Assembly: GCF_009914755.1 (NCBI RefSeq)
Contig: NC_060948.1
From: the human T2T-CHM13v2.0 reference genome, Homo sapiens
DNA length: 64,000 nt
Direction: 5' to 3' (one strand)
Shown here: one piece after another, positions 1 to 16,632 of the stretch
How positions within the stretch are numbered: position 1 is the first letter of the stretch
How the letters are laid out: every line of letters begins with the position of its first letter
Translations under genes and position numbers: made by a program
Notes under the pieces: generated by a model
The model's input: the letters and a program-made list of their open reading frames with translations, nothing else
Told to the model about the DNA's origin: nothing
Database searches by the model: none

Positions 1-564
1 AATGGAATATACTGGAATGTAATGTAATGAACTCGAATGTAATTGACTGGAGTGGAATGTACATGCATGGAATGTAATCGAATGGAAAGTAATCCAATGG
101 AATAGAATCTAATGCAATAAAATCGACTCAGATAGAGTAGAATGTAATGGAATGGAGTGCAGTGCCATGGAATGGAATGGAATGGAATGCAATGGAATGG
201 AATGGAATGCAATGGAATGGAATGGAATGGAATGGAATGGGATGGAATGGTGTGGAATGGATAGTAATGGACTGGAGTGAAATGGACTGGAAAGGAATGG
301 ACTCAAATTGAAAGGGCTCGAAAGGAATGGAGTCAAATGGAATGGTCTGGAATGGAATGAACACGAATGTAATGCAATCCAATAGAATGGAATCGAATGG
401 CATGGAATATAAAGAAATGGAATCGAAGAGAATGGAAACAAATGGAATGGAATTGAATGGAATGGAATTGAATGGAATGGGAACGAATGGAGTGAAATTG
501 TATGCAGTAGAAGGGAATAGAATGGAATGCAAGCGAAAGGAAAGGAATGGATTGGAATGGAATG

Positions 565-3500
565 GAATTCATTGGAATGGAAGGGAATGTAGTGTAATGG
601 ACAGGCCTGGAATAAAGTGGAATGCTACGGTCTCGAATGGAATAAAAATGTATGGAATGGAATGCAATGAAACGGAATCGAATGTCATAGAATGTAATGG
701 AATGCAAAAAAATGGAATCCAAAATCATTGACTGGAAAGGCTGGGTGTCGAAAGGAATTGACTCCAATGGAATGGAATTGAATGGAATGGAAGAGAATAG
801 AATCGAACTAAATCGAATGGAATGGAATTGATAGGAACGGAATGGAAAGGAATGCAATCATTTGGCATGGAATGGAATCGAATGGCATCGAATGGAATGG
901 AATGGAATGCAATGGAATGGAATGTATTAGAATGTAATGAACTTTAATGGAATGTACTCGAATGGAATCGACTGGAATGGAATGTTCTGGAAGTGAATGG
1001 ACTCCAATGGAATGGATTCAAAAGGAATGGAATCGTACGGAATGGAATCTAATGGAATGGAATTAAATGGAAATGAATCAAACTGAATAGAACGGAATTG
1101 AATTGAATGGAATCGAATGCAATGGAATCTAATGAAACGGAAAGGAAAGGAATGGAATGGAATGGAATGGGCTGGAATGGAAAGGAATCGAAACGAATGG
1201 AATGGAATCGAACTGAAGAGACTGGAATGGAATGCACTGGATGGAAGGGAGTGTAATGGAAGGTTCTCGAAAAAAATGGAATCGAATGGAATGGAATTGA
1301 ATGGAACGGAATAGAGTCGAATGGAATTGAATGGAATGGAATGGACTAGAGTGAAATGGAATCGAACCACAAGGAATGGACAGGAATAGAATGGTCTCGA
1401 ATTGAATGGAATCGTATGGAATGGCATCAAACGGAATGGAATGGACAGCCACGGAATGGAATGCACTCGAATGCAATGGAGTCGAAACTAATGGACTGGA
1501 ATAGAATGGACTCGACTGGTACGGACTCCAATGGAATGGAATCGAATGGAAGGGAATCGAACGGAATGGACTCGAAGGGAAAAGACTGCAATGGAAAGGT
1601 CTCGAATGGAATGGAAATTAATGGAATGGAATGGAATCGAATGAAATGGAGTCAAAAGGAATGGAATCGAATGGCAAGAAATCGAATGTAATGGAATCGC
1701 AAGGAATTGATGTGAACGGAACGGAATGGAATGGAATCCAAAGGAATGGAATAGAATGGAATGGAATCGAATGGAAAGGACTCGAATGGAAATCACTCGA
1801 ATAGAATGCAATTTAATAAAATAGGATCAAATGTAATGGAATGGAATGGAAAGGAATCGAAACGAAAGGAATGGAGACAGATGGAATGGAATGGAACAGA
1901 GAGCAATGGTATAGAATGGAATGGAATCATCTGGAATGGAATTGAATGGAATGGAATAATATGAAATGGAATGGAATGGAATGGAATGGAATGCCCTTGA
2001 ATTAAATGGACTGGAATGGAATGGACTCGAACAGAGTGGAATGGAAAGTGTTGAGATAGAATGGAATGGACTCCTTTGGAATGGAGTAGTATGCAATGCA
2101 ATCGACTGGCAGGGAATCAAAAGGAATGTAATGGAATGGATTGGACTGGAATGCAATGGACTCGAATAGATTGGAAACGGAATGCAAAGGAATGGAATGG
2201 AATAGTATGGAATGGAATGGAAAGGAATGGAGTGGAATAGACTAGAGTGGAATGGAATGGACTCGAAAGCAATGGACTGGAATGGAACTTTCTTGAATGG
2301 ACTGGAATCAAACGGAATGGAATGCAATGCAATCAAATGGCATGGAATAAAATAGAATGAAAGAGAATCAAATGGAATTGAATCGAATGGAATCGAATGG
2401 ATTGGAAAGGAATAGAATGGAATGGAATGGAATTGACTCAAATGGAATGGACTAGAATGGAATGGATTCAAATGGAAGGCAAAGGAATGGAATCTATTGG
2501 AATGGACTGTAATGGAATGGAATGGAAGGGATTGGAATGGACTCGAATGGAATGGACTGCAATAGAAAGGATTCGAATGGAATGAAAAAGAATTGAATGG
2601 AATAGAACAGAATGGAATCAAATCGAATGAAATGGAATGGAATAGAAAGGAATGGAATGAAATGGAATGGAAAGGATTCGAATGGAATGCAATCGAATGG
2701 AATGGAATCGAACGGAATGGAATAAAATGGAAGAAAACTGGCAAGAAATGGAATCGAAATGAATGGAGTGTTATGGAACGGACTCAAAAGGAATTGAATG
2801 TAATAGAATGGAGTGGAGTGGACTCGAATATAATGGACTGGAATGGAATGAAATCACATGGAATGGGAACGAATGGAATGGAATGGAAAGGAATGGAATC
2901 GAATGGAAAGGAATCGAATGGAAGGGAATGAAATTGAATCAACAGGAATGGAAGAGAATAGAATAGACGGTAATGGAATGGACTCGAATAGAATGGACAC
3001 GAATGCTCAAATTGAATGGACTCGAATGGAATGGAAACGAAAGGAATGTCATCGAATGGAATTGAATCGATTGGAATGAAATCGCATAGAATGGAGTGGA
3101 ATCAAATGGAATTGAATCGAAAGGAAAGGAAGCGAATGGACTGAAATGAAATGGAATGGAATTGAATGGAAAGTTATGTAATGGAATAGAATGGAACGAA
3201 ATTTCACGGAATGCAATCAAACTGAATGGAATCAAATCAATGGAATCAAATCAAATGGAATGGAAAGGAATTGAATGGAGTAGATTGGATTGGATGGGAT
3301 TGGAATGAAATATACTGGAAAGGACTCGAATTTCATGAAACGGAATGGAATGAATTGGAACGGAACGGACTCGAATGGAATGGAATGTCATGGAATGGCA
3401 TCAAATGGAATGGCATCAAATGGAATGGAATCGAATGCAATGGAGTGCTATGGAATGGAATGGAATGCATTGGAATGGAATGTCCTCTAATGGACTGGAT

Positions 3501-4112
3501 TCGAGTGGAATGGAATCGAATATAATGGAGTCGAATGAAATGGAATTGAAAGGAATGGGATCGAATATAATGGAATATACTGGAATGTAATGTAATGAAC
3601 TCGAATGTAATTGACTGGAATGGAATGTACATGAATGGAATGTAATCGAATGGAAAGTAATCCAATGGAATAGAATCTAATGCAATAAAATCGACTCAGA
3701 TAGAGTAGAATGTAATGGAATGGAGTGCAGTGCAATGGAATGGAATGGAATGGAATGCAATGGAATGGAATGGAATGGAATGGAATGCAATGGGATGGTG
3801 TGGAATGGATAGTAATGGACTGGAGTGAAATGGACTGGAAAGGAATGGACTCAAATTGAAAGGGCTCGAAAGGATTGGAGTCAAATGGAATGGTCTGGAA
3901 TGGAATGAACACGAATGTAATGCAATCCAATAGAATGGAATCGAATGGCATGGAATATAAAGAAATGGAATCGAAGAGAATGGAAACAAATGGAATGGAA
4001 TTGAATGGAATGGAATTGAATGGAATGGGAACGAATGGAGTGAAATTGTATGCAGTAGAAGAGAATAGAATGGAATGCAAGCGAAAGGAAAGGAATGGAT
4101 TGGAATGGAATG
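565..4112 (+). repeat. DYZ1 unit (EcoRI-to-EcoRI), 3548 bp
   Basis: GAATTC 565 to next GAATTC 4113. Compared with the next unit it has one extra pentamer (~1965-1992) and a 1-bp deletion (~1241, GCACTGGATGG). Confidence 0.9.
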
Positions 4113-7100
4113 GAATTCATTGGAATGGAAGGGAATGTAGTGTAATGGACAGGCCTGGAATAAAGTGGAATGCTACGGTCTCGAATGGAATAAAAATGTA
4201 TGGAATGGAATGCAATGAAACGGAATCGAATGTCATAGAATGTAATGGAATGCAAAAAAATGGAATCCAAAATCATTGACTGGAAAGGCTGGGTGTCGAA
4301 AGGAATTGACTCCAATGGAATGGAATCGAATGGAATGGAAGTGAATAGAATCGAACTAAATCGAATGGAATGGAATTGATAGGAACGGAATGGAAAGGAA
4401 TGCAATGATTTGGCATGGAATGCAATCGAATGGCATCGAATGGAATGGAATGGAATGCAATGGAATGGAATGTATTAGAATGTAATGAACTTTAATGGTA
4501 TGTACTCGAATGGATTCGACTGGAATGGAATGTTCTGGAAGTGAATGGACTCCAATGGAATGGATTCAAAAGGAATGGAATCGTACGGAATGGAATCTAA
4601 TGGAATGGAATTAAATGGAAATGAATCAAATTGAATAGCACGGAATTGAATTGAATGGAATGGAATGCAATGGAATCTAATGAAACGGAAAGGAAAGGAA
4701 TGGAATGGAATGGAATGGGCTGGAATGGAAAGGAATCGAAACGAATGGAATGGAATCGAAGTGAAGAGACTGGAATGGAATGCACTGGAATGGAAGGGAG
4801 TGTAATGGAAGGTTCTCGAAAAAAATGGAATCGAATGGAATGGAATTGAATGGAACGGAATAGAGTCGAATGGAATTGAATGGAATGGAATGGACTAGAG
4901 TGAAATGGAATCGAACCACAAGGAATGGACAGGAATAGAATGGTCTCGAATTGAATGGAATCGTATGGAATGGCATCAAACGGAATGGAATGGACAGCCA
5001 CGGAATGGAATGCACTCGAATGCAATGGAGTCGAAACTAATGGACTGGAATAGAATGGACTCGACTGGTACGGACTCCAATGGAATGGAATCGAATGGAA
5101 GGGAATCGAACGGAATGGACTCGAAGGGAAAAGACTGCAATGGAAAGGTCTCGAATGGAATGGAAATTAATGGAATGGAATGGAATCGAATGAAATGGAG
5201 TCAAAAGGAATGGAATCGAATGGCAAGAAATCGAATGTAATGGAATCGCAAGGAATTGATGTGAACGGAACGGAATGGAATGGAATCCAAAGGAATGGAA
5301 TAGAATGGAATGGAATCGAATGGAAAGGACTCGAATGGAAATCACTCGAATAGAATGCAATTTAATAAAATAGGATCAAATGTAATGGAATGGAATGGAA
5401 AGGAATCGAAACGAAAGGAATGGAGACAGATGGAATGGAATGGAACAGAGAGCAATGGTATAGAATGGAATGGAATCATCTGGAATGGAATTGAATGGAA
5501 TGGAATAACATGAAATGGACTGGAATGGAATGGAATGCCCTTGAATTAAATGGACTGGAATGGAATGGACTCGAACAGAGTGGAATGGAAAGTGTTGAAA
5601 TAGAATGGAATGGACTGGTTTGGAATGGTCTAGTATGCAATGCAATCGACTGGCAGGGAATCAAAAGGAATGTAATCGAATGGATTGGACTGGAATGCAA
5701 TGGACTCGAATAGATTGGAAACGGAATGCAAAGGAATGGAATGGAATAGTATGGAATGGAATGGAAAGGAATGGAGTGGAATAGACTAGAGTGGAATGGA
5801 ATGGACTCGAAAGCAATGGACTGGAATGGAACTTTCTTGAATGGACTGGAATCAAACGGAATGGAATGCAATGCAATCAAATGGCATGGAATAAAATAGA
5901 ATGAAAGAGAATCAAATGGAATTGAATCGAATGGAATCGAATGGATTGGAAAGGAATAGAATGGAATGGAATGGAATTGACTCAAATGGAATGGACTAGA
6001 ATGGAATGGATTCGAATGGAAGGCAAAGGAATGGAATCTATTGGAATGGACTGTAATGGAATGGAATGGAAGGGATTGGAATGGACTCGAATGGAATGGA
6101 CTGCAATAGAAAGGATTCGAATGGAATGAAAAAGAATTGAATGGAATAGAACAGAATGGAATCAAATCGAATGAAATGGAATGGAATAGAAAGGAATGGA
6201 ATGAAATGGAATGGAAAGGATTCGAATGGAATGCAATCGAATGGAATGGAATCGAACGGAATGGAATAAAATGGAAGAAAACTGGCAAGAAATGGAATCG
6301 AAATGAATGGAGTGTTATGGAACGGACTCAAAAGGAATTGAATGTAATAGAATGGAGTGGAGTGGACTCGAATATAATGGACTGGAATGGAATGAAATCA
6401 CATGGAATGGGAACGAATGGAATGGAATGGAAAGGAATGGAATCGAATGGGAAGGAATCGAATGGAAGGGAATGAAATTGAATCAACAGGAATGGAAGGG
6501 AATAGAATAGACGGTAATGGAATGGACTCGAATAGAATGGACACAAATGCTCAAATTGAATGGACTCGAATGCAATGGAAACGAAAGGAATGTCATCGAA
6601 TGGAATTGAATCGATTGGAATGAAATCGCATAGAATGGAGTGGAATCAAATGGAATTGAATCGAAAGGAAAGGAAGCGAATGGACTGAAATGAAATGGAA
6701 TGGAATTGAATGGAAAGTTATGTAATGGAATAGAATGGAACGAAATTTCAGGGAATACAATCAAACTGAATGGAATCAAATCAATGGAATCAAATCAAAT
6801 GGAATGGAAAGGAATTGAATGGAGTAGATTGGATTGGATGGGATTGGAATGAAATGTACTGGAAAGGACTCGAATTTCATGAAACGGAATGGAATGAATT
6901 GGAACGGAACGGACTCGAATGGAATGGAATGTCATGGAATGGCATCAAATGGAATGGCATCAAATGGAATGGAATCGAATGCAATGGAGTGCTATGGAAT
7001 GGAATGGAATGCATTGGAATGGAATGTCCTCTAATGGAATGGATTCGAGTGGAATGGAATCGAATATAATGGAGTCGAATGAAATGGAATTGAAAGGAAT

Positions 7101-7656
7101 GGGATCGAATACAATGGAATATACTGGAATGTAATGTAATGAACACGAATGTAATTGACTGGAATGGAATGTACATGAATGGAATGTAATTGAATGGAAA
7201 GTAATCCAATGGAATAGAATCTAATGCAATAAAATCGACTCAGATAGAGTAGAATGTAATGGAATGGAGTGCAGTGCAATGGAATGGAATGGAATGGAAT
7301 GCAATGGAATGGAATGGAATGGAATGGAATGGGATGGAATGGTGTGGAATGGATAGTAATGGACTGGAGTGAAATGGACTGGAAAGGAATGGACTCAAAT
7401 TGAAAGGGCTCGAAAGGAATGGAGTCAAATGGAATGGTCTGGAATGGAATGAACACGAATGTAATGCAATCCAATAGAATGGAATCGAATGGCATGGAAT
7501 ATAAAGAAATGGAATCGAAGAGAATGGAAACAAATGGAATGGAATTGAATGGAATGGAATTGAATGGAATGGGAACGAATGGAGTGAAATTGTATGCAGT
7601 AGAAGAGAATAGAATGGAATGCAAGCGAAAGGAAAGGAATGGATTGGAATGGAATG
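4113..7656 (+). repeat. DYZ1 unit (EcoRI-to-EcoRI), 3544 bp
   Basis: GAATTC 4113 to 7657; near-identical to the flanking units. Confidence 0.9.
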
Positions 7657-10600
7657 GAATTCATTGGAATGGAAGGGAATGTAGTGTAATGGACAGGCCT
7701 GGAATAAAGTGGAATGCTACGGTCTCGAATGGAATAAAAATGTATTGAATGGAATGCAATGAAACGGAATCGAATGTCATAGAATGTAATGGAATGCAAA
7801 AAAATGGAATCCAAAATCATTGACTGGAAAGGCTGGGTGTCGAAAGGAATTGACTCCAATGGAATGGAATCGAATGGAATGGAAGTGAATAGAATCGAAC
7901 TAAATCGAATGGAATGGAATTGATAGGAACGGAATGGAAAGGAATGCAATGATTTGGCATGGAATGCAATCGAATGGCATCGAATGGAATGGAATGGAAT
8001 GCAATGGAATGGAATGTATTAGAATGTAATGAACTTTAATGGAATGTACTCGAATGGATTCGACTGGAATGGAATGTTCTGGAAGTGAATGGACTCCAAT
8101 GGAATGGATTCAAAAGGAATGGAATCGTACGGAATGGAATCTAATGGAATGGAATTAAATGGAAATGAATCAAATTGAATAGCACGGAATTGAATTGAGT
8201 GGAATCGAATGCAATGGAATCTAATGAAACGGAAAGGAAAGGAATGGAATGGAATGGAATGGGCTGGAATGGAAAGGAATCGAAACGAATGGAATGGAAT
8301 CGAACTGAAGAGACTGGAATGGAATGCACTGGAATGGAAGGGAGTGTAATGGAAGGTTGTCGAAAAAAATGGAATCGAATGGAATGGAATTGAATGGAAC
8401 GGAATAGAGTCGAATGGAATTGAATGGAATGGAATGGACTAGAGTGAAATGGAATCGAACCACAAGGAATGGACAGGAATAGAATGGTCTCGAATTGAAT
8501 GGAATCGTATGGAATGGCATCAAACGGAATGGAATGGACAGCCACGGAATGGAATGCACTCGAATGCAATGGAGTCGAAACTAATGGACTGGAATAGAAT
8601 GGACTCGACTGGTACGGACTCCAATGGAATGGAATCGAATGGAAGGGAATCGAACGGAATGGACTCGAAGGGAAAAGACTGCAATGGAGAGGTCTCGAAT
8701 GGAATGGAAATTAATGGAATGGAATGGAATCGAATGAAATGGAGTCAAAAGGAATGGAATCGAATGGCAAGAAATCGAATGTAATGGAATCGCAAGGAAT
8801 TGATGTGAACGGAACGGAATGGAATGGAATCCAAAGGAATGGAATAGAATGGAATGGAATCGAATGGAAAGGACTCGAATGGAAATCACTCGAATAGAAT
8901 GCAATTTAATAAAATAGGATCAAATGTAATGGAATGGAATGGAAAGGAATCGAAACGAAAGGAATGGAGACAGATGGAATGGAATGGAACAGAGAGCAAT
9001 GGTATAGAATGGAATGGAATCATCTGGAATGGAATTGAATGGAATGGAATAACATGAAATGGACTGGAATGGAATGGAATGCCCTTGAATTAAATGGACT
9101 GGAATGGAATGGACTCGAACAGAGTGGAATGGAAAGTGTTGAAATAGAATGGAATGGACTGGTTTGGAATGGTCTAGTATGCAATGCAATCGACTGGCAG
9201 GGAATCAAAAGGAATGTAATCGAATGGATTGGACTGGAATGCAATGGACTCGAATAGATTGGAAACGGAATGCAAAGGAATGGAATGGAATAGTATGGAA
9301 TGGAATGGAAAGGAATGGAGTGGAATAGACTAGAGTGGAATGGAATGGACTCGAAAGCAATGGACTGGAATGGAACTTTCCTGAATGGACTGGAATCAAA
9401 CGGAATGGAATGCAATGCAATCAAATGGCATGGAATAAAATAGAATGAAAGAGAATCAAATGGAATTGAATCGAATGGAATCGAATGGATTGGAAAGGAA
9501 TAGAATGGAATGGAATGGAATTGACTCAAATGGAATGGACTAGAATGGAATGGATTCGAATGGAAGGCAAAGGAATGGAATCTATTGGAATGGACTGTAA
9601 TGGAATGGAATGGAAGGGATTGGAATGGACTCGAATGGAATGGACTGCAATAGAAAGGATTCGAATGGAATGAAAAAGAATTGAATGGAATAGAACAGAA
9701 TGGAATCAAATCGAATGAAATGGAATGGAATAGAAAGGAATGGAATGAAATGGAATGGAAAGGATTCGAATGGAATGCAATCGAATGGAATGGAATCGAA
9801 CGCAATGGAATAAAATGGAAGAAAACTGGCAAGAAATGGAATCGAAATGAATGGAGTGTTATGGAACGGACTCAAAAGGAATTGAATGTAATAGAATGGA
9901 GTGGAGTGGACTCGAATATAATGGACTGGAATGGAATGAAATCACATGGAATGGGAACGAATGGAATGGAATGGAAAGGAATGGAATCGAATGGAAAGGA
10001 ATCGAATGGAAGGGAATGAAATTGAATCAACAGGAATGGAAGGGAATAGAATAGACGGTAATGGAATGGACTCGAATAGAATGGACACGAATGCTCAAAT
10101 TGAATGGACTCGAATGGAATGGAAACGAAAGGAATGTCATCGAATGGAATTGAATCGATTGGAATGAAATCGCATAGAATGGAGTGGAATCAAATGGAAT
10201 TGAATCGAAAGGAAAGGAAGCGAATGGACTGAAATGAAATGGAATGGAATTGAATGGAAAGTAATGCAATGGAATAGAATGGAACGAAATTTCACGGAAT
10301 GGAATCAAACTGAATGGAATCAAATCAATGGAATCAAATCAAATGGAATGGAAAGGAATTGAATGGAGTAGATTGGATTGGATGGGATTGGAATGAAATG
10401 TACTGGAAAGGACTCGAATTTCATGAAACGGAATGGAATGAATTGGAACGGAATGGACTCGAATGGAATGGAATGTCATGGAATGGCATCAAATGGAATG
10501 GCATCAAATGGAATGGAATCGAATGTAATGGAATGGAATGCATTGGAATGGAATGTCCTCTAATGGAATGGATTTGAGTGGAATGGAATCGAATATAATG

Positions 10601-10750
10601 GAGTCGAATGAAATGGAATTGAAAGGAATGGGATCGAATACAATGGAATATACTGGAATGTAATGTAATGAACTCGAATGTATTTGACTGGAATGGAATG
10701 TACATGAATGGAATGTAATCGAATGGAAAGTAATCCAATGCAATAGAATC
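7657..10750 (+). repeat. Terminal truncated DYZ1 unit (3094 bp)
   Basis: Colinear with the previous units up to ...CAATAGAATC (equivalent to positions 109, 3677), then switches abruptly to AT-rich DYZ2 sequence. It lacks the last ~435 bp of a unit. Confidence 0.9.

Positions 10751-10751
<1 letters not shown>
10748..10751. other. DYZ1/DYZ2 array junction
   Basis: AATAGA-ATC-ATATATGATATATAATATATGTATAATATT: ATC is shared by DYZ1 (AGAATCTAATG) and DYZ2 (CAGTATCATATAT). Confidence 0.85.
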
Positions 10752-11792
<1,041 letters not shown>

Positions 11793-12370
11793 AGATCCAT
11801 ATTTTTTAAATGAAAAAAAATTTCAAAGGTACTCTGCTTGGTACAATAATCAAATGTATAAACTGAGGAATAAAACATAACCATGAAACCTACTTATAAC
11901 TGCATATGGAAAATACAGAGGATAATTTTTTAAATAACATATTGTTAAAGCCTTAACTAGTAATTTGAAGAGTTGGCATTTGAAAGGCCAGTATGAATAT
12001 ACCTTCACAGCAGCAACACAGGTTCCCCATGAGAAAAAGCAAACTCAGGGAAAATAAAACCACAAAGGTTCAATCTCTTCTGACCTTTGAAAGACACAGC
12101 ACAGACAGTGGTCCTTAGGACGAAGAGCAGGAGACCCCTAATTCCGTCACCATGGCGATAGGGCATAAACATTGCTGGGTAAGGGCACAATCCACATTGT
12201 GAGCTCCAACTGCTGCCAGGAAGACAGCAGTGCTTTTACATAGACCGAAAGGTCATTGAAGGCTCAGAGTTTTGTTTCAAGAACTGAATCCCAAGCCCAC
12301 ACGTTATTAGGCTGCGCTTCTTAAAACAAGTTATGAGATGGGAAAAAGGGCACCCACATACATACGTATA
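11793..12370. repeat. HSATI segment of DYZ2 unit 1 (repeated immediately after each Alu copy, ~578 bp)
   Basis: Moderate-complexity block AGATCCATATTTTTTAAATG...GGGCACCCACAWACATACGTATA between the Alu and the AT-rich segment, nearly identical in all 22 units. Its position and size fit the HSATI part of DYZ2. Confidence 0.8.
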
Positions 12371-14212
<1,842 letters not shown>

Positions 14213-16317
14213 AGATCCATATTTTTTAAATGAAAAAAAATTTCAAAGGTACTCTGCTTGGTACAATAATCAAATGTATAAACTGAGGAATAAAACATAA
14301 CCATGAAACCTACTTATAACTGCATATGGAAAATACAGAGGATAATTTTTTAAATAACATATTTTGAAAGCCTTAACTAGTAATTTGAAGAGTTGGCATT
14401 TGAAAGGCCAGTATGAATATACCTTCAAAGCAGCAACACAGGTTCCCCATGAGAAAAAGCAAACTCAGGGAAAATAAAACCACAAAGGTTCAATCTCTTC
14501 TGACCTTTGAAAGACACAGCACAGACAGTGGTCCTTAGGACGAAGAGCAGGAGACCCCTAATTCCGTCACCATGGCGATAGGGCATAAACATTGCTGGGT
14601 GAGGGCACAATCCACATTGTGAGGTCCAAGTGCTGCCAGGAAGACAGGAGTGCTTTTACATAGACCGAAAGGTCATTGAAGGCTCAGAGTTTTGTTTCAA
14701 GAACTGAATCCCAAGCCCACACGTTATTAGGCTGCGCGTCTTAAAACAAGTTATGAGATGGGAAAAAGAGCACCCACAAACATACGTATACATTATGTAT
14801 ATAATAATATACAGTATCATATATATAATATATATAACCTATGTATAATATTGTTTTACATCCTGCATCTTATGTTATATATATTGTATAAAATATAATA
14901 ATTGATAATATATAAGTTTTATATTTATACAATATGACATATAGTATATATTATAATTTATGACATATATAATATATGTTATATATCATATATAGAATAT
15001 ATTATACGGTTAATATACTTATTAAATATAAATTATACATTATATATATTATATATAATATATCTGTTATATATAATACCCATTATGCATAATATATATA
15101 TTATGTCTATGTTATATATAGTATAAAACAACATATAATAATATATAATTGTATACATAAAATGCGACATATAATATATATTATATTTTATGACATATGT
15201 AATATATATTATATATTATATATAATGCGTTGTATGTATAATACGTATATTAAATATATATTACATGACTATGTTATTAATTACATGTCACATGTGTTAT
15301 ATATTATTTATTTTACATAGAATATACCGGTTACATACAATATATAGTATGTTACCTATAATGTATAATTTATTACATGTAAAATAAAGAATGCAATATA
15401 TTATGCATAATTTATAATATACAATATGTGGAATGTGATATATATAACATATAATATATGATATATGATATAGAGTATATGATATATAACATACAATATA
15501 TGATACCTAATATATATGATATACAATATATATTTTATGATATGTATTCTATATGTTATATTTTCTGTTATATATAACTGTTTGAAATAATATATAACTG
15601 TATAATATTTTAGGTACATATGTAATATAATATATATAAGTTTATAATATATTATATATAACTATATATTATGTTATATATACTTTTATAACATAATTTA
15701 CATAAAATATCATAATATAATATATATTATATTATTTCATATTACATAATATATATTACATATCACCCAATATAAGTAACATACATAATATTATAATATA
15801 GATTATATTATGTTATATTAAATATCATATATATCATGTATCATATATTCTATAATATATATTATACATTATATAATATGTATGTTGTCTATTATGTGAT
15901 ATATATAACTATATATATAATTATATTATTATACATATAACTAGATAAACATGTAATTCTACATATTTTCATTTATAATATATAGAATTATATAATCATA
16001 TATAATTATTTATATTCTATAAAAAATTATATCATTATATAAATTATAATATATAAAAATTATAATATGTACTACAAATATATATATTATATATCATATA
16101 TGATATAGTACCTTTGTTATATATCATAATACATATAAATGTGTATTATGTTATCTATAATTATATAATTTCATATATAAGATGTATAATATTTATTATA
16201 TATTATATATGTTATGTAATATATATAGTATATATAAGATGACACAGGATAAATATTATATACTATGACATATAAAATATATGAGGTTATATGTTACATA
16301 TAAGGCATAGCACATAA

Positions 16318-16632
<315 letters not shown>

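Larger units (their letters stand above)
1..10750 (+). repeat. DYZ1: HSat3 / DYZ1 satellite array: degenerate (GGAAT)n with ~3.55-kb higher-order repeat (purine-rich strand on +)
   Basis: Continuous GGAAT/CGAAT/GCAAT/GGACT pentamers. Landmarks recur at a ~3.55-kb period: GAATTC at 565, 4113, 7657 and AGGCCT/GGCC at 604, 4152, 7696. The period and the single EcoRI/HaeIII site per unit match the classical Y-specific DYZ1 repeat. Confidence 0.95.

Noticed and set aside
1-10750. HSat2 or telomeric repeat assignment
   Set aside because: It lacks the HSat2 CATTCGATTC-type ~23-26-bp organisation and TTAGGG repeats. The 3.55-kb period and the adjacent DYZ2 array indicate DYZ1.
12005-12190. 61-aa minus-strand ORF (MCPHPAMFMP...) conserved in all 22 units
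   Set aside because: It starts at TTG and has no recognisable domain. Its conservation simply reflects satellite homogeneity, and several variants between units are non-synonymous.
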